The notes under the pieces were generated by a model. It had not been told where the DNA came from. It ran no database searches and was given only the letters and a program-made list of their open reading frames with translations. A program made the position numbers and the translations under genes. Below are positions 19,108 to 28,251 of a stretch of 47,304 nt of DNA, in pieces. Where the stretch lies: positions 1 through 47,304 of the forward strand of contig JBFYJK010000085.1 of the NCBI GenBank assembly GCA_041311445.1. The letters run 5' to 3'. Each line of letters starts with the position of its first letter. Position 1 is the first letter of the stretch. The DNA comes from Candidatus Nanopelagicales bacterium. Its GTDB lineage: Bacteria > Actinomycetota > Actinomycetes > Nanopelagicales > Nanopelagicaceae.

Positions 19108-19922
19108 GTTGGATAGGAGCTCTGCGCTCCTTTCTTGGTAACGCTCAACCCTGCTGCGATACAACCAGTGCGCATTGCGATTTCAGCACCTTCATGTAAT
19201 TTCGCCGCAAAGGTTCCGACAAAGCTATCGCCAGCGCCAGTGGTATCAACTGCAGTGACTTTAATTGCGGGAACATGCAAACCAGCTGCTAAATGTCGTG
19301 CACCTTTTTCGCCCTCAGTAAGCAAGATATTTGCAGTAACGTCACCTAGCGCCGCATACTCAGTTTCATTTGGAATGATCCAATCTGAATTTTCAATTAA
19401 CTCAGAGCTCAAGGGTTCAAATGGGGCCGGGTTTAAAATTGTGGTGGCGCCTTTATCTTTCGCCGCCTTGAAAATTGCCGTAGTGACTTCTTGCTTGATT
19501 TCGCATTGGCCGATAACGATATCTAGCTTTGGAATCTCTGCAATTGCCTGCAGCGCTTTATTTAAATCGATATCGTGATTAGCGCCAGGAATAATGATGA
19601 TTCGATTCTCGCCACTTGCTTCGACCCAAATATGCGCGACGCCGGTTGGCAGCTCGCTCTTCTGTAGGAACTTGGAGTTAACGCCGCGTGCTTTGAAATT
19701 CTCCTCAATTGCAGCGCCAAATACATCATTTCCGATCGCGCCGATGAAGTAGCTCTCCGCCCCAGCAATTGCAGCCATTACCGCTTGATTAGCGCCCTTG
19801 CCGCCAAATCCGGTGGTAAACGAATCTCCTTTAAGAGTTTCTCCGGCTGCAGGGATGCGATCGATATAAGCACTCAAATCCATCATTGCGCTGCCAATTA
19901 TTGCCACGACTGGTCGGTTCAT
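19080..19922 (-). CDS. rbsK: ribokinase (PfkB family)
   Basis: Motifs GFGGKGANQAV and C-terminal DTTGAGDSFVG. ATG 19922 gives the canonical N-terminus MNRPVVAIIGSAMMD. The ORF-track start 20096 would run antisense through the next gene. Confidence 0.88.
   Translation of the reverse strand: MNRPVVAIIGSAMMDLSAYIDRIPAAGETLKGDSFTTGFGGKGANQAVMAAIAGAESYFIGAIGNDVFGAAIEENFKARGVNSKFLQKSELPTGVAHIWVEASGENRIIIIPGANHDIDLNKALQAIAEIPKLDIVIGQCEIKQEVTTAIFKAAKDKGATTILNPAPFEPLSSELIENSDWIIPNETEYAALGDVTANILLTEGEKGARHLAAGLHVPAIKVTAVDTTGAGDSFVGTFAAKLHEGAEIAMRTGCIAAGLSVTKKGAQSSYPTYEEISTFS
19115..19136 (+). terminator. possible intrinsic terminator of the plus-strand nucleoside operon, lying inside the 3' end of rbsK
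   Basis: AGGAGC-TCTGC-GCTCCT (6-bp stem) is followed by TTCTT and lies 8 nt after the P450 stop. The stem is short and sits inside a convergent coding region. Confidence 0.3.
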
Positions 19923-19929
19923 AAATGCA

Positions 19930-19935
19930 ATTCTA
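19930..19935 (-). promoter_or_regulatory. candidate -10 hexamer TAGAAT for leaderless rbsK
   Basis: On the minus strand, TAGAAT is followed by 7 nt (TGCATTT) and then ATG 19922. No SD. Confidence 0.45.
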
Positions 19936-19939
19936 TGGT

Positions 19940-19945
19940 TAGAAT
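19940..19945 (+). promoter_or_regulatory. candidate -10 hexamer TAGAAT for the leaderless nucleoside hydrolase gene
   Basis: TAGAAT is followed by 8 nt and then ATG 19954. No SD. It lies within the palindrome TTAGAA-T-TTCTAA (19939-19951). Confidence 0.45.
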
Positions 19946-19953
19946 TTCTAATT

Positions 19954-20904
19954 ATGAAGAAGCATCCAATAATTCTTGATGTCGATACTGGTTTTGATGA
20001 CGCTTTTGCGGTTCTTTTTGCTGCGATGAACCCAGAAGTCGACCTACTGGGCATTACCTGCGTAGATGGCAACACAAATGTGCACCAGGTCGTCAAGAAT
20101 ACGCTGATTGTTCTGGATGCAGCAGGTGCCGGAGATATCCCAGTTGCAATGGGCGCGACCAGACCGCTTGTCGAAGAGCCACTCTATGCCGAGCATATTC
20201 ATGGCAAAGATGGAATGGGTGATTTAGGGTTACCAGAATCCATTCGCAAAATTGATCCGCGAAATGCAATTGATTTACTTCGCGATTTAGTCGAGGGAAG
20301 TGATGAGCCAGTTACTTTGGTACCAGTTGCACCGCTAACTAATATTGCAAATTTCATTACTACTTATCCAGAATCAGCAAAGAAGTTAAAAGAGATCTGC
20401 TTGATGGGTGGCTCTGCATCTGTTGGCAATGCAACGGCTATGGCGGAATTTAATATCTGGCACGATCCTGAAGCTGCAGATATAGTTTTCAAGAGCGGCA
20501 TCCCAATCACTATGTATGGTCTTGATGTTTTCTACCACCCATTAGTAACAGAATCGGAAGCGGTTAGACTTTCAGAGAGCTCTCAACCATCTGCGCAATT
20601 TGCCGGAAAGCTATTGCAATCAAGTATCAAAAGGCTAAAGCAATCAGTAACTCTTGGAGATTATGGTGCAGTGGCCACCGTAATTCGTCCTTCGCTAATT
20701 AAGAGCGAGATGTTCGATGTGGGGGTAGAAGTGGCGCAAGGTTTGGTGCGTGGAATGACCGTCGTAGACCGCCGACCACGCCTCGAGCTAATGATTGAAC
20801 CACGCCGAATTCCAGGCGCAGCTAGAGCAAGAGTGGTCCTAGATCTCGATGCAGAGGGGTTCAGACAGCTCTGGTTTAAGACCGTTGATTCAAGCTGGAA
20901 TTAA
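19954..20904 (+). CDS. nucleoside hydrolase (IU-NH family)
   Basis: 316 aa. N-terminal fingerprint ILDVDTGFDDAFA (DxDxxxDD) and WHDPEAA. Confidence 0.92.
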   Translation: MKKHPIILDVDTGFDDAFAVLFAAMNPEVDLLGITCVDGNTNVHQVVKNTLIVLDAAGAGDIPVAMGATRPLVEEPLYAEHIHGKDGMGDLGLPESIRKIDPRNAIDLLRDLVEGSDEPVTLVPVAPLTNIANFITTYPESAKKLKEICLMGGSASVGNATAMAEFNIWHDPEAADIVFKSGIPITMYGLDVFYHPLVTESEAVRLSESSQPSAQFAGKLLQSSIKRLKQSVTLGDYGAVATVIRPSLIKSEMFDVGVEVAQGLVRGMTVVDRRPRLELMIEPRRIPGAARARVVLDLDAEGFRQLWFKTVDSSWN

Positions 20905-21713
20905 ATTCCGACTGTATGCCAAACAGTTTTGGCTTCCATAAACGCCAAGATGCGAGCAGGGTTCTTCAACTTAGTAAATGAATGAACTCGCTTTAGATTC
21001 TCTGCAGCTGCAACTTTGAGTTCGCCTTGTTTCTTAACGCCAGTGATATCAATTCCATCAATATCCATGTGCGAAGCCAACCAAGGCGCTAATTCATCCA
21101 CTTTGCCAGTAAGAATATTGATAACACCTGCAGGAACATCGCTAGTTGCAAGTACTTCAGCAAAACTCATTGCTGGAATTGCTAGTGCACCAGGCGCCAC
21201 AATCACGGTTGTGTTACCGCTTGCAATAACAGCCATTAACGAATCAATAAATTCTAGGAATGTTGGTTTTGATACCACGCCAACTACACCCATTGCTTCT
21301 GGGGTAGTGAAGTTATAGAACGGACCTGATACTGGATTTGTTACACCATCAAGCGCTGCCAACTTATCTGTCCAGCCGGCGTACCAAACGATTAAATCAA
21401 TTGCCTCAGTGATTTTTGTCTTGTCGCCTGTTGACTTTAGTTCGGCTTCAAATTGTTCGCGACGACCTTCGAGCATCTCTGCAATTCGATAAATGATCTG
21501 TCCGCGAAGATAAGCGGTCGAACCGCTCCACTTACCGAAAGCACCACGAGCTGCTACGACGCTATCGCGTAAATCTTTACGAGAAGCAAGCGCAGGGTTT
21601 GCAATAAATGCGCCCTTTGCATTGGTCACTTCGTAAACGCGTCCTGATTCTGATCTTGGGAAAGCGCCATTGATATATAGCTTGTAAGTCTTCTTCACAT
21701 CGATACGTGACAT
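20901..21713 (-). CDS. ALDH-superfamily protein lacking the catalytic domain (270 aa)
   Basis: It aligns by eye with the N-terminal NAD-binding part of the upstream 477-aa ALDH (YRIAEMLEGRREQF ~ YRIARILQERAREF; WYAGWTDKL ~ YHAGWADKL; VPAGVINILTG ~ LPAGVVNIVTG) and with the extreme C-terminal strand. The ELGGK Glu and the catalytic Cys region are absent, and PWNFP is replaced by SKPTF. Confidence 0.8.
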   Translation of the reverse strand: MSRIDVKKTYKLYINGAFPRSESGRVYEVTNAKGAFIANPALASRKDLRDSVVAARGAFGKWSGSTAYLRGQIIYRIAEMLEGRREQFEAELKSTGDKTKITEAIDLIVWYAGWTDKLAALDGVTNPVSGPFYNFTTPEAMGVVGVVSKPTFLEFIDSLMAVIASGNTTVIVAPGALAIPAMSFAEVLATSDVPAGVINILTGKVDELAPWLASHMDIDGIDITGVKKQGELKVAAAENLKRVHSFTKLKNPARILAFMEAKTVWHTVGI

Positions 21714-23147
21714 TTACTTAACCGCCTTTAAGTACGCCGCTAAACCATGTCGGCCACCTTCGCGGCCCCAACCTGATTCTTTATAGCCGCCAAATGGTGA
21801 AGCAGGATCGAATTTATTAAAGGTATTAGCCCAAATTACGCCTGCACGTAGCTGTTGCGCGGTCCAGAGCACCTTCGAACCCTTCTCTGACCAGATACCG
21901 GCAGAGAGACCAAATGGAGTGTTATTTGCCTTCTCAATCGCTTCTTGTGGAGTGCGGAAGGTAAGTACCGAGAGCACCGGTCCGAAGATCTCTTCGCGTG
22001 CGATGCGATGAGCTTGGGTAACTCCAGTAAAGATTGTTGGTGCAAACCAGAAACCATTCTTAGGAAGTTCGCATGCAGGCGACCAAACTTCGCCACCTTC
22101 AGCGCTTCCGGATGCAGCTAACTCTTTAATCTTTTCTAGCTGCGCCTTTGAATTGATTGCACCGATATCGGTGTTCTTATCGAGAGGATCACCTAAGCGA
22201 ATCTTCTCCATGCGACGTTGCAACTTCTTTATCACTTCGTCGGCAATATTCTCTTGAACTAATAGGCGAGAACCCGCACAGCAGACATGTCCTTGATTGA
22301 AGAAGATCCCATTAACAATTCCTTCAACGGCTTGATCGATCGCTGCATCTTCAAAGACGATATTTGCGCCCTTGCCACCAAGTTCCAACGTTGCAACCTT
22401 CTTGGTATCTGCAATCGCTCTAGCGATGGACTTACCAACTTCAGTTGAACCGGTAAATGCAATCTTTGAAACTCCAGGGTGGTTAACCAGTGCAGCACCA
22501 GTTTCGCCAGCACCGGTAACAATATTTACGACACCAGCTGGCAGCTCTGCTTGTTGGCAAACTTGCGCGAAAAGAAGCGCAGTTAGCGGAGTCGTTTCAG
22601 CCGGCTTCAATACAACTGTATTTCCAGCTGCAAGCGCTGGAGCAACTTTCCACGCAAGCATTAATAGCGGGAAGTTCCAAGGAATAATCTGTCCAACTAC
22701 GCCATGCGCTTTTGGTGATGATCCAACACCTACATAATCAAGTTTGTCGGCCCAGCCTGCGTGATAGAAGAAATGAGCTGAAACTAAAGGAATATCAATG
22801 TCACGGGTTTCGCGGATTGGCTTTCCATTATCCATAGTTTCAAGAACTGCGAATTCACGCGCACGCTCCTGCAGGATTCGAGCAATTCGATATAGATATT
22901 TGCCGCGCTCAGCGCCAGATAACTTCGACCAAACTTTTGTATATGCAACTTGAGCAGCTTGAACTGCCTTATCAATATCGCCTTTATCGCCATTTGCGAT
23001 TTGAGATAGGACCTCTTCGGTGGCCGGATTGATAGTTGCGAAGTGCTTCTTTCCCTTAACGAACTTACCGTTGATGAAGTGGCCATACTCTTTTTCAATC
23101 TTAACGACTGATTTCGATTCAGGAGCCGGTGCATATTCGAATGTCAT
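21714..23147 (-). CDS. NAD(P)-dependent aldehyde dehydrogenase (full length)
   Basis: 477 aa. Motifs IIPWNFP, TLELGGKG (catalytic Glu), FFNQGHVCCAGSR (catalytic Cys) and EEIFGPV. It starts 9 nt after the deoC stop. Confidence 0.93.
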   Translation of the reverse strand: MTFEYAPAPESKSVVKIEKEYGHFINGKFVKGKKHFATINPATEEVLSQIANGDKGDIDKAVQAAQVAYTKVWSKLSGAERGKYLYRIARILQERAREFAVLETMDNGKPIRETRDIDIPLVSAHFFYHAGWADKLDYVGVGSSPKAHGVVGQIIPWNFPLLMLAWKVAPALAAGNTVVLKPAETTPLTALLFAQVCQQAELPAGVVNIVTGAGETGAALVNHPGVSKIAFTGSTEVGKSIARAIADTKKVATLELGGKGANIVFEDAAIDQAVEGIVNGIFFNQGHVCCAGSRLLVQENIADEVIKKLQRRMEKIRLGDPLDKNTDIGAINSKAQLEKIKELAASGSAEGGEVWSPACELPKNGFWFAPTIFTGVTQAHRIAREEIFGPVLSVLTFRTPQEAIEKANNTPFGLSAGIWSEKGSKVLWTAQQLRAGVIWANTFNKFDPASPFGGYKESGWGREGGRHGLAAYLKAVK

Positions 23148-23156
23148 ATTTCCGCC

Positions 23157-24104
23157 TTAGTCCAGAGTCACGTAGTTTGGGCTCTCATAGTAGCCATCGG
23201 TTAGTTTCATTCTTTGAAGCAGTAAGTCATTTAAGAGTGCGCTTGCGCCAAGGCGGAAGTACTTATTATTTAGCCAATCCGCACCAGCGGTTTCATTTAC
23301 AAGAACAAGTTGCTTGATTGCATCTTTAGTAGTGCGGATACCACCTGCTGGCTTTACGCCAATCTGGTGGCCAGTAATTTCACGGAAGTCGCGAACCGCT
23401 TCGAGCATAATCATTACAACTGGTGGGGTAGCAGCAGGCGCCACTTTGCCAGTTGAGGTCTTGATGAAGTCGCCGCCAGCAAGCATCGCCAAGTAAGAAG
23501 CTTTGCGAACATTGTCATAAGTAACTAATTCGCCAGTTTCGAAGATAACTTTTAAGTGCGCCTTATCGCCGCAGATCTCTTTGATCTTTACGATCTCATC
23601 AAAGACTTCGCCTAAACGCCCCGAGAGAAATGCGCCGCGATCAATCACCATATCAATTTCAGTTGCACCTGCATCAATTGCATCTTGAGTATCTTGCAAT
23701 TTCACCGCCATTGACGCTCGACCTGAAGGAAAAGCAGTGGAAACTGCGGCTACTGGGATATGCGCCCCGCCAATTGCATCTAAATGTGTACGAGCAACCT
23801 TAACCATGTCGTTGTAAACGCAGACCGCGCCAACGCTTGGGACGCTTGGATCAGAAGGGGCTGGGCGAACTGCTTTAGTGCAGAGCGCCTTCACTTTGCC
23901 AGGAGTATCCGCGCCTTCGAGGGTAGTTAAGTCCACCATTGAAATTGCAGTATCAATCGCCCAAGCCTTACTTGAGCTCTTGATGCTTCGGGTACCAAGA
24001 GTTGCAGCGCGAGCCTCCGCGCCAACTTGATCCACCGGTGGCAAGTTATTTAGAAATGACTTAAGAGAGCTTTCGGAGCCATCAACTAGCCCAAAGAATT
24101 TCAA
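23157..24104 (-). CDS. deoC: deoxyribose-phosphate aldolase (long actinobacterial form)
   Basis: 315 aa class I aldolase. Motifs AVCVYNDMV, HLKVIFETGEL and FIKTSTGK (Schiff-base Lys region). Confidence 0.92.
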   Translation of the reverse strand: MKFFGLVDGSESSLKSFLNNLPPVDQVGAEARAATLGTRSIKSSSKAWAIDTAISMVDLTTLEGADTPGKVKALCTKAVRPAPSDPSVPSVGAVCVYNDMVKVARTHLDAIGGAHIPVAAVSTAFPSGRASMAVKLQDTQDAIDAGATEIDMVIDRGAFLSGRLGEVFDEIVKIKEICGDKAHLKVIFETGELVTYDNVRKASYLAMLAGGDFIKTSTGKVAPAATPPVVMIMLEAVRDFREITGHQIGVKPAGGIRTTKDAIKQLVLVNETAGADWLNNKYFRLGASALLNDLLLQRMKLTDGYYESPNYVTLD

Positions 24105-24127
24105 TTCGCGCTCCTTATATAACTTGC

Positions 24128-25729
24128 TTAAGCAAGTAATTCTTTCAGTGGGCCGCGCAATGTGGCAAGTTTTGCAAGCGCTTCATCTTCAGTAGGACTA
24201 ATTACTTCTATGTAACACTTCAATTTAGGTTCAGTGCCGGAAGGGCGAACGATTACACGAATATCGCCGAGCCAAATTCGAAGACCATCAGTAGGTGGCA
24301 GGTCATTCTTCGGATTAGCTAAATCATCGATTGAAGTAACTTCAAATCCAGCAATCTCTTTAGGGGGATTGGTGCGGAACTTTTCAAGAACCTTTCCAAC
24401 CAACTTGATGTTCTCAACGCGAATTGAGATCTGTTCGGTTGCATGGAAACCAATGAGCTTCCAGATTTCCTGTAAACGATCGTAAATAGTCTGGCCATTT
24501 GCAGCCAACTCTTCGGCTAATTGTGCAAGTGCGATTGCAGCGCTTACGCCATCTTTATCTGAAACAGTTGCGCTATCTACTGAGTAGCCGATGGCTTCTT
24601 CGTATGCAAATGCCAAATTTGGAATCTGAGCAAGATATTTAAATCCGGTTAGAGTCTCTTGGAAATTGCGGCCATAGTGTTTGCAGATTTTGCTTAAACC
24701 AGAGGAGGAAACAATGGAATTGCCGTAGTTTCCGTCGCTCTTTCGCGCAATCCAATCACCAAGCAAAATGCCCAATTCATCGCCTTTAAGCATGCGCCAA
24801 CCATGTTTTGGATCGTTAATAGCAGCAGCGCAGCGATCAGCGTCAGGGTCATTAGCAATAACTAAATCTGCGCCAACCGCTTTTGCCTTTGCGAGACTTA
24901 GATCGATTGCACCTGGCTCTTCAGGATTCGGAAATGCAACTGTAGGGAAATCTGGATCTGGTTGCACTTGTTCCTCAACCAAGATCGGAGGATTAAATCC
25001 AGCGCGCTTAAATACTGCTTCTACAGTTTCAAGGCCAACACCATGCATCGCGGTGTAAACAATCTTTAACTTACCTGGCGTCTTGCCAATGGCTGCGGTC
25101 TGAGCAACATAATTATCAAAGACATCATCATTGAGATTATTCCAAGAGGTGCCGCGAGGTTGGCTCTTTAATGATGTAATTTTGTCGATCTCAGCCGAAA
25201 TCAATTTATCTGTCGGCGTGATGATCTGTGAACCTTGATATTTAATGCCATCAACTTCTGCATTTAAGTAAACCTTGTAACCATTATCCATAGGAGGGTT
25301 ATGGCTTGCGGTAACCATAATTCCCACGTGGGCGCCAAGCTTCTTAACTGCATGCGCCAATACTGGAGTTGGAAGTGGGCGAGGTAGAACGCTTACATCT
25401 AGCCCAGCACCACTTAGGATCTCTGCACTTTCACGGGTGAAATCTTCTGAACCATAACGAGCATCACGACCAATAACTACTGAGGTGAGATTGCGCTGCT
25501 TCATGTATTGGGCAATCGCAGCGGCGGTACGACCAACAACTGCGCGATTCATGCCAGATGGGCCAGGTGCAATAGGGCCACGAAGTCCAGCGGTACCGAA
25601 AGTTAAGAAGCCTGCAAATAATTTATCTAGAGCAACTTCATCATTAGCATCGAGAAGTTTCTGTAGCTCTGCAGCAGTCTTTGGATCTGGATCGTCTGCG
25701 ATCCAATTTTCAATTTCGGTGCGGTTCAT
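24128..25729 (-). CDS. phospho-sugar mutase (alpha-D-phosphohexomutase superfamily; probable phosphopentomutase role)
   Basis: 533 aa. Phosphoserine loop TASHNPPMDNGYKV, metal loop ANDPDADR, plus EEAIGY and RPSGTEP. From memory, it is in the same family as pmmB, which neighbours nucleoside genes in mycobacteria. Confidence 0.88.
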   Translation of the reverse strand: MNRTEIENWIADDPDPKTAAELQKLLDANDEVALDKLFAGFLTFGTAGLRGPIAPGPSGMNRAVVGRTAAAIAQYMKQRNLTSVVIGRDARYGSEDFTRESAEILSGAGLDVSVLPRPLPTPVLAHAVKKLGAHVGIMVTASHNPPMDNGYKVYLNAEVDGIKYQGSQIITPTDKLISAEIDKITSLKSQPRGTSWNNLNDDVFDNYVAQTAAIGKTPGKLKIVYTAMHGVGLETVEAVFKRAGFNPPILVEEQVQPDPDFPTVAFPNPEEPGAIDLSLAKAKAVGADLVIANDPDADRCAAAINDPKHGWRMLKGDELGILLGDWIARKSDGNYGNSIVSSSGLSKICKHYGRNFQETLTGFKYLAQIPNLAFAYEEAIGYSVDSATVSDKDGVSAAIALAQLAEELAANGQTIYDRLQEIWKLIGFHATEQISIRVENIKLVGKVLEKFRTNPPKEIAGFEVTSIDDLANPKNDLPPTDGLRIWLGDIRVIVRPSGTEPKLKCYIEVISPTEDEALAKLATLRGPLKELLA

Positions 25730-25745
25730 GCACCTAATTTAGTTA

Positions 25746-27461
25746 TTAATCCAGGATTTCACAAAGAATTGTGCCGCTAGCGACAGTTTCGCCAATCACA
25801 GCAACTAGCTTTGAAATCTTGCCTGACTTATGCGCCGTTAGCGGCTGTTCCATCTTCATAGCTTCAAGAACAATAACTAGATCGCCCTTTTCAACAGACT
25901 CGCCTTCTGTCACCGCAATTTTGACCACTGTTCCTTGCATCGGCGCAAGTAAGCCATCTCCAGTTGCGCCGCCCGATGCTCCCTTGCGAGCACGATGACG
26001 CTTGTGAACAGGTTCTGGTGCATGAACTAATACTTCGAAGCGGTGACCATTAACTTCAGTGATGATGTGTTCTGGAGCGGCATGGCTTTGAACAACTGGT
26101 GCGCTAGCTTCGTATTGAGGAATTTCATTTACGAATTCGTTCTCAATGTAACTTGTATAAACCTTGAAATTCTCTGTGTAATTTTTATCTTCGAGAATTG
26201 CGCGGTGGAATGGAAGAGCAGTTGCTAAACCTTCTACTTTAAATTCCGCTAATGCGCGTCTTGAACGCTGGATTGCTTCTTCACGAGTGCTGCCTGTGAC
26301 GATTAGCTTTGCAAGAAGTGAATCGAAGTTTCCTCCGATTGAATCATCTTTCTTGAAACCTGCATCTACGCGCACGCCAGGGCCAGTTGGTAGCTGCCAT
26401 TCAGTGATTTGGCCAGGCGCAGGTAAGAAGCTGCGTCCTGGATCTTCACCATTGATACGAAATTCAATTGAATGTCCACGAATTTCTGGATCACCAAAAC
26501 CGAGCGCTTCACCTTCTGCAATACGGAATTGCTGGCGGACCAGGTCGATACCAGTAACCTCTTCAGATACTGGATGCTCTACCTGTAGGCGAGTATTAAC
26601 TTCAAGAAATGAGATTGTTCCATCTAGACCTACTAAGAATTCGCAGGTACCAGCGCCAACATAACCAGCCTCTTTCATGATCGCCTTACTTGCGCGATAA
26701 AGCTCTTCGTTCTGCTCTTTAGAAAGGAAAGGAGCAGGAGCTTCTTCAACTAACTTCTGGTGGCGACGTTGCAGAGAGCAATCGCGAGTTGAAACCACAA
26801 CCGCATTGCCATGTTTATCAACTAAAACTTGAGTCTCTACGTGGCGAGGCTTATCTAAATAGCGCTCTACGAAACATTCACCGCGTCCAAAGCCGGCAAT
26901 AGCTTCGCGTACCGCAGAGGCATAAAGTTCTGGAATCTCTTCAAGAGTGCGAGCAACCTTTAAACCGCGGCCACCGCCACCATGCGCTGCTTTGATTGCA
27001 ACAGGGAGTCCGTGTTCTTTAGCGAATGCCACAACTTCGTCATGGTTATCGACAGGATCTTTAGTTCCGGCAACAAGAGGGGCACCAGCAGCAGATGCAA
27101 TTTTGCGAGCAGAGACTTTGTCACCAAGTGCACGAATTGCAGCAGGAGGTGGTCCGATCCAGATAAGTCCTGCATTGATAACCGCTTCAGCAAAATCAGC
27201 GTTCTCCGAAAGGAATCCATAGCCTGGGTGCACTGCATCCGCGCCTGATTCTTTCGCTGCTTCAATTAATTTTTCAATATTCAAATAAGTCTGCGCTGCA
27301 GTAACACCTTTAAGTGAATACGCAGCATCTGCCATTGATGCATGGATAGAAGCGCGATCTTCATCTGAATAAACTGCAACAGATTCGATGCCGTGATCGC
27401 GACATGCTCGGATAACGCGAACCGCAATCTCGCCACGGTTGGCAATTAATACGCGCTTCAT
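25746..27461 (-). CDS. acyl-CoA carboxylase alpha subunit (biotin carboxylase + biotin carboxyl carrier domain)
   Basis: 571 aa. N-terminus [19 protein letters not shown], an ATP-grasp domain, and a C-terminal biotinyl domain with EAMKME. Confidence 0.93.
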   Translation of the reverse strand: MKRVLIANRGEIAVRVIRACRDHGIESVAVYSDEDRASIHASMADAAYSLKGVTAAQTYLNIEKLIEAAKESGADAVHPGYGFLSENADFAEAVINAGLIWIGPPPAAIRALGDKVSARKIASAAGAPLVAGTKDPVDNHDEVVAFAKEHGLPVAIKAAHGGGGRGLKVARTLEEIPELYASAVREAIAGFGRGECFVERYLDKPRHVETQVLVDKHGNAVVVSTRDCSLQRRHQKLVEEAPAPFLSKEQNEELYRASKAIMKEAGYVGAGTCEFLVGLDGTISFLEVNTRLQVEHPVSEEVTGIDLVRQQFRIAEGEALGFGDPEIRGHSIEFRINGEDPGRSFLPAPGQITEWQLPTGPGVRVDAGFKKDDSIGGNFDSLLAKLIVTGSTREEAIQRSRRALAEFKVEGLATALPFHRAILEDKNYTENFKVYTSYIENEFVNEIPQYEASAPVVQSHAAPEHIITEVNGHRFEVLVHAPEPVHKRHRARKGASGGATGDGLLAPMQGTVVKIAVTEGESVEKGDLVIVLEAMKMEQPLTAHKSGKISKLVAVIGETVASGTILCEILD

Positions 27462-28063
27462 TTTGCTCCGATCTTCTTAGCCTCTGGCCAGGAATAGCCT
27501 AAGTGTTCCAAACTCTTGCGCAAATAGGCCATAGAAATACCGACCACATTTGTGTAATCCCCGTCAATCGCGCTTATAAGCGGGGAGCTAAAGCCATCTA
27601 ATGTAAATCCACCCGCAACATTTAGCGGTTCGCCGGTCGCTACATAATCTGCGATCAGTTCATCATTAAGTTCATCGAAAGTAACTGATGTAGTTACGCG
27701 GTCTGCAAGCTCTCGACCTTGTTTAGTGTCAATGATGCAATGTCCGGTATGAAGCAGCCCAGTCTTGCCACTTAAGCGTTTCGCTCTTTCGATTGCAATT
27801 GCAGGCGTTTCTGGCTTTCCAAATGATTCACCTTCGAATTCGAATGTGGAATCGCATCCAATAATGATTGCATCGCCTTCAATTTGCTCTCGAACGGTGT
27901 GAGCCTTTGTTATTGCAAGTGCGATCACCATATCTACTGGAGACATTGCGCTGAAATGTTCAGTCTCTTCATCCACATGGCTGACGATAATTTCAGGGTG
28001 CAGACCAGCGCCTTCAAGAAGTCTCTTACGTGAAGGGGATTGAGATGCTAAAACCAGACGCAT
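27458..28063 (-). CDS. maf: Maf-family nucleoside triphosphate pyrophosphatase
   Basis: 201 aa with N-terminus [20 protein letters not shown]-type overlap with accA. Same position as the maf-like gene in the mycobacterial accD5-accE5 cluster. Confidence 0.9.
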   Translation of the reverse strand: MRLVLASQSPSRKRLLEGAGLHPEIIVSHVDEETEHFSAMSPVDMVIALAITKAHTVREQIEGDAIIIGCDSTFEFEGESFGKPETPAIAIERAKRLSGKTGLLHTGHCIIDTKQGRELADRVTTSVTFDELNDELIADYVATGEPLNVAGGFTLDGFSSPLISAIDGDYTNVVGISMAYLRKSLEHLGYSWPEAKKIGAK

Positions 28064-28251
28064 TAGATGTTTCTGCCTGCTCCAAACTTAATTGCTTGCG
28101 GCATGGCTGAGCGCATAATTGGTTGCGCCCATGTGCTTCGCTTAACTACAGGATCTTTTTCAACGCGCTTATGCTGATTTAAGACTTGTGTCAGCACTGC
28201 GAGTTCTTCATTAGTCGGCTTACCGCTAATGATTGAGAAACGAACTGTCAT
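28063..28251 (-). CDS. acyl-CoA carboxylase epsilon subunit
   Basis: 62 aa containing [15 protein letters not shown]. It overlaps both neighbours. Its position after the carboxyltransferase gene matches accE5. Confidence 0.7.
   Translation of the reverse strand: MTVRFSIISGKPTNEELAVLTQVLNQHKRVEKDPVVKRSTWAQPIMRSAMPQAIKFGAGRNI

Noticed and set aside
19923-20096. ORF-track start of rbsK at 20096 (338 aa).
   Set aside because: It would run antisense through the first 140 nt of the nucleoside hydrolase gene. The canonical ribokinase N-terminus begins at ATG 19922, which also has a TAGAAT at leaderless distance.
20897-20909. Palindrome GGAATT-A-AATTCC at the convergent stop codons of the hydrolase and the short ALDH gene.
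   Set aside because: The 1-nt spacer cannot form a real hairpin. It is explained by two overlapping TAA stops (TTAA) and is too short to call as a terminator.
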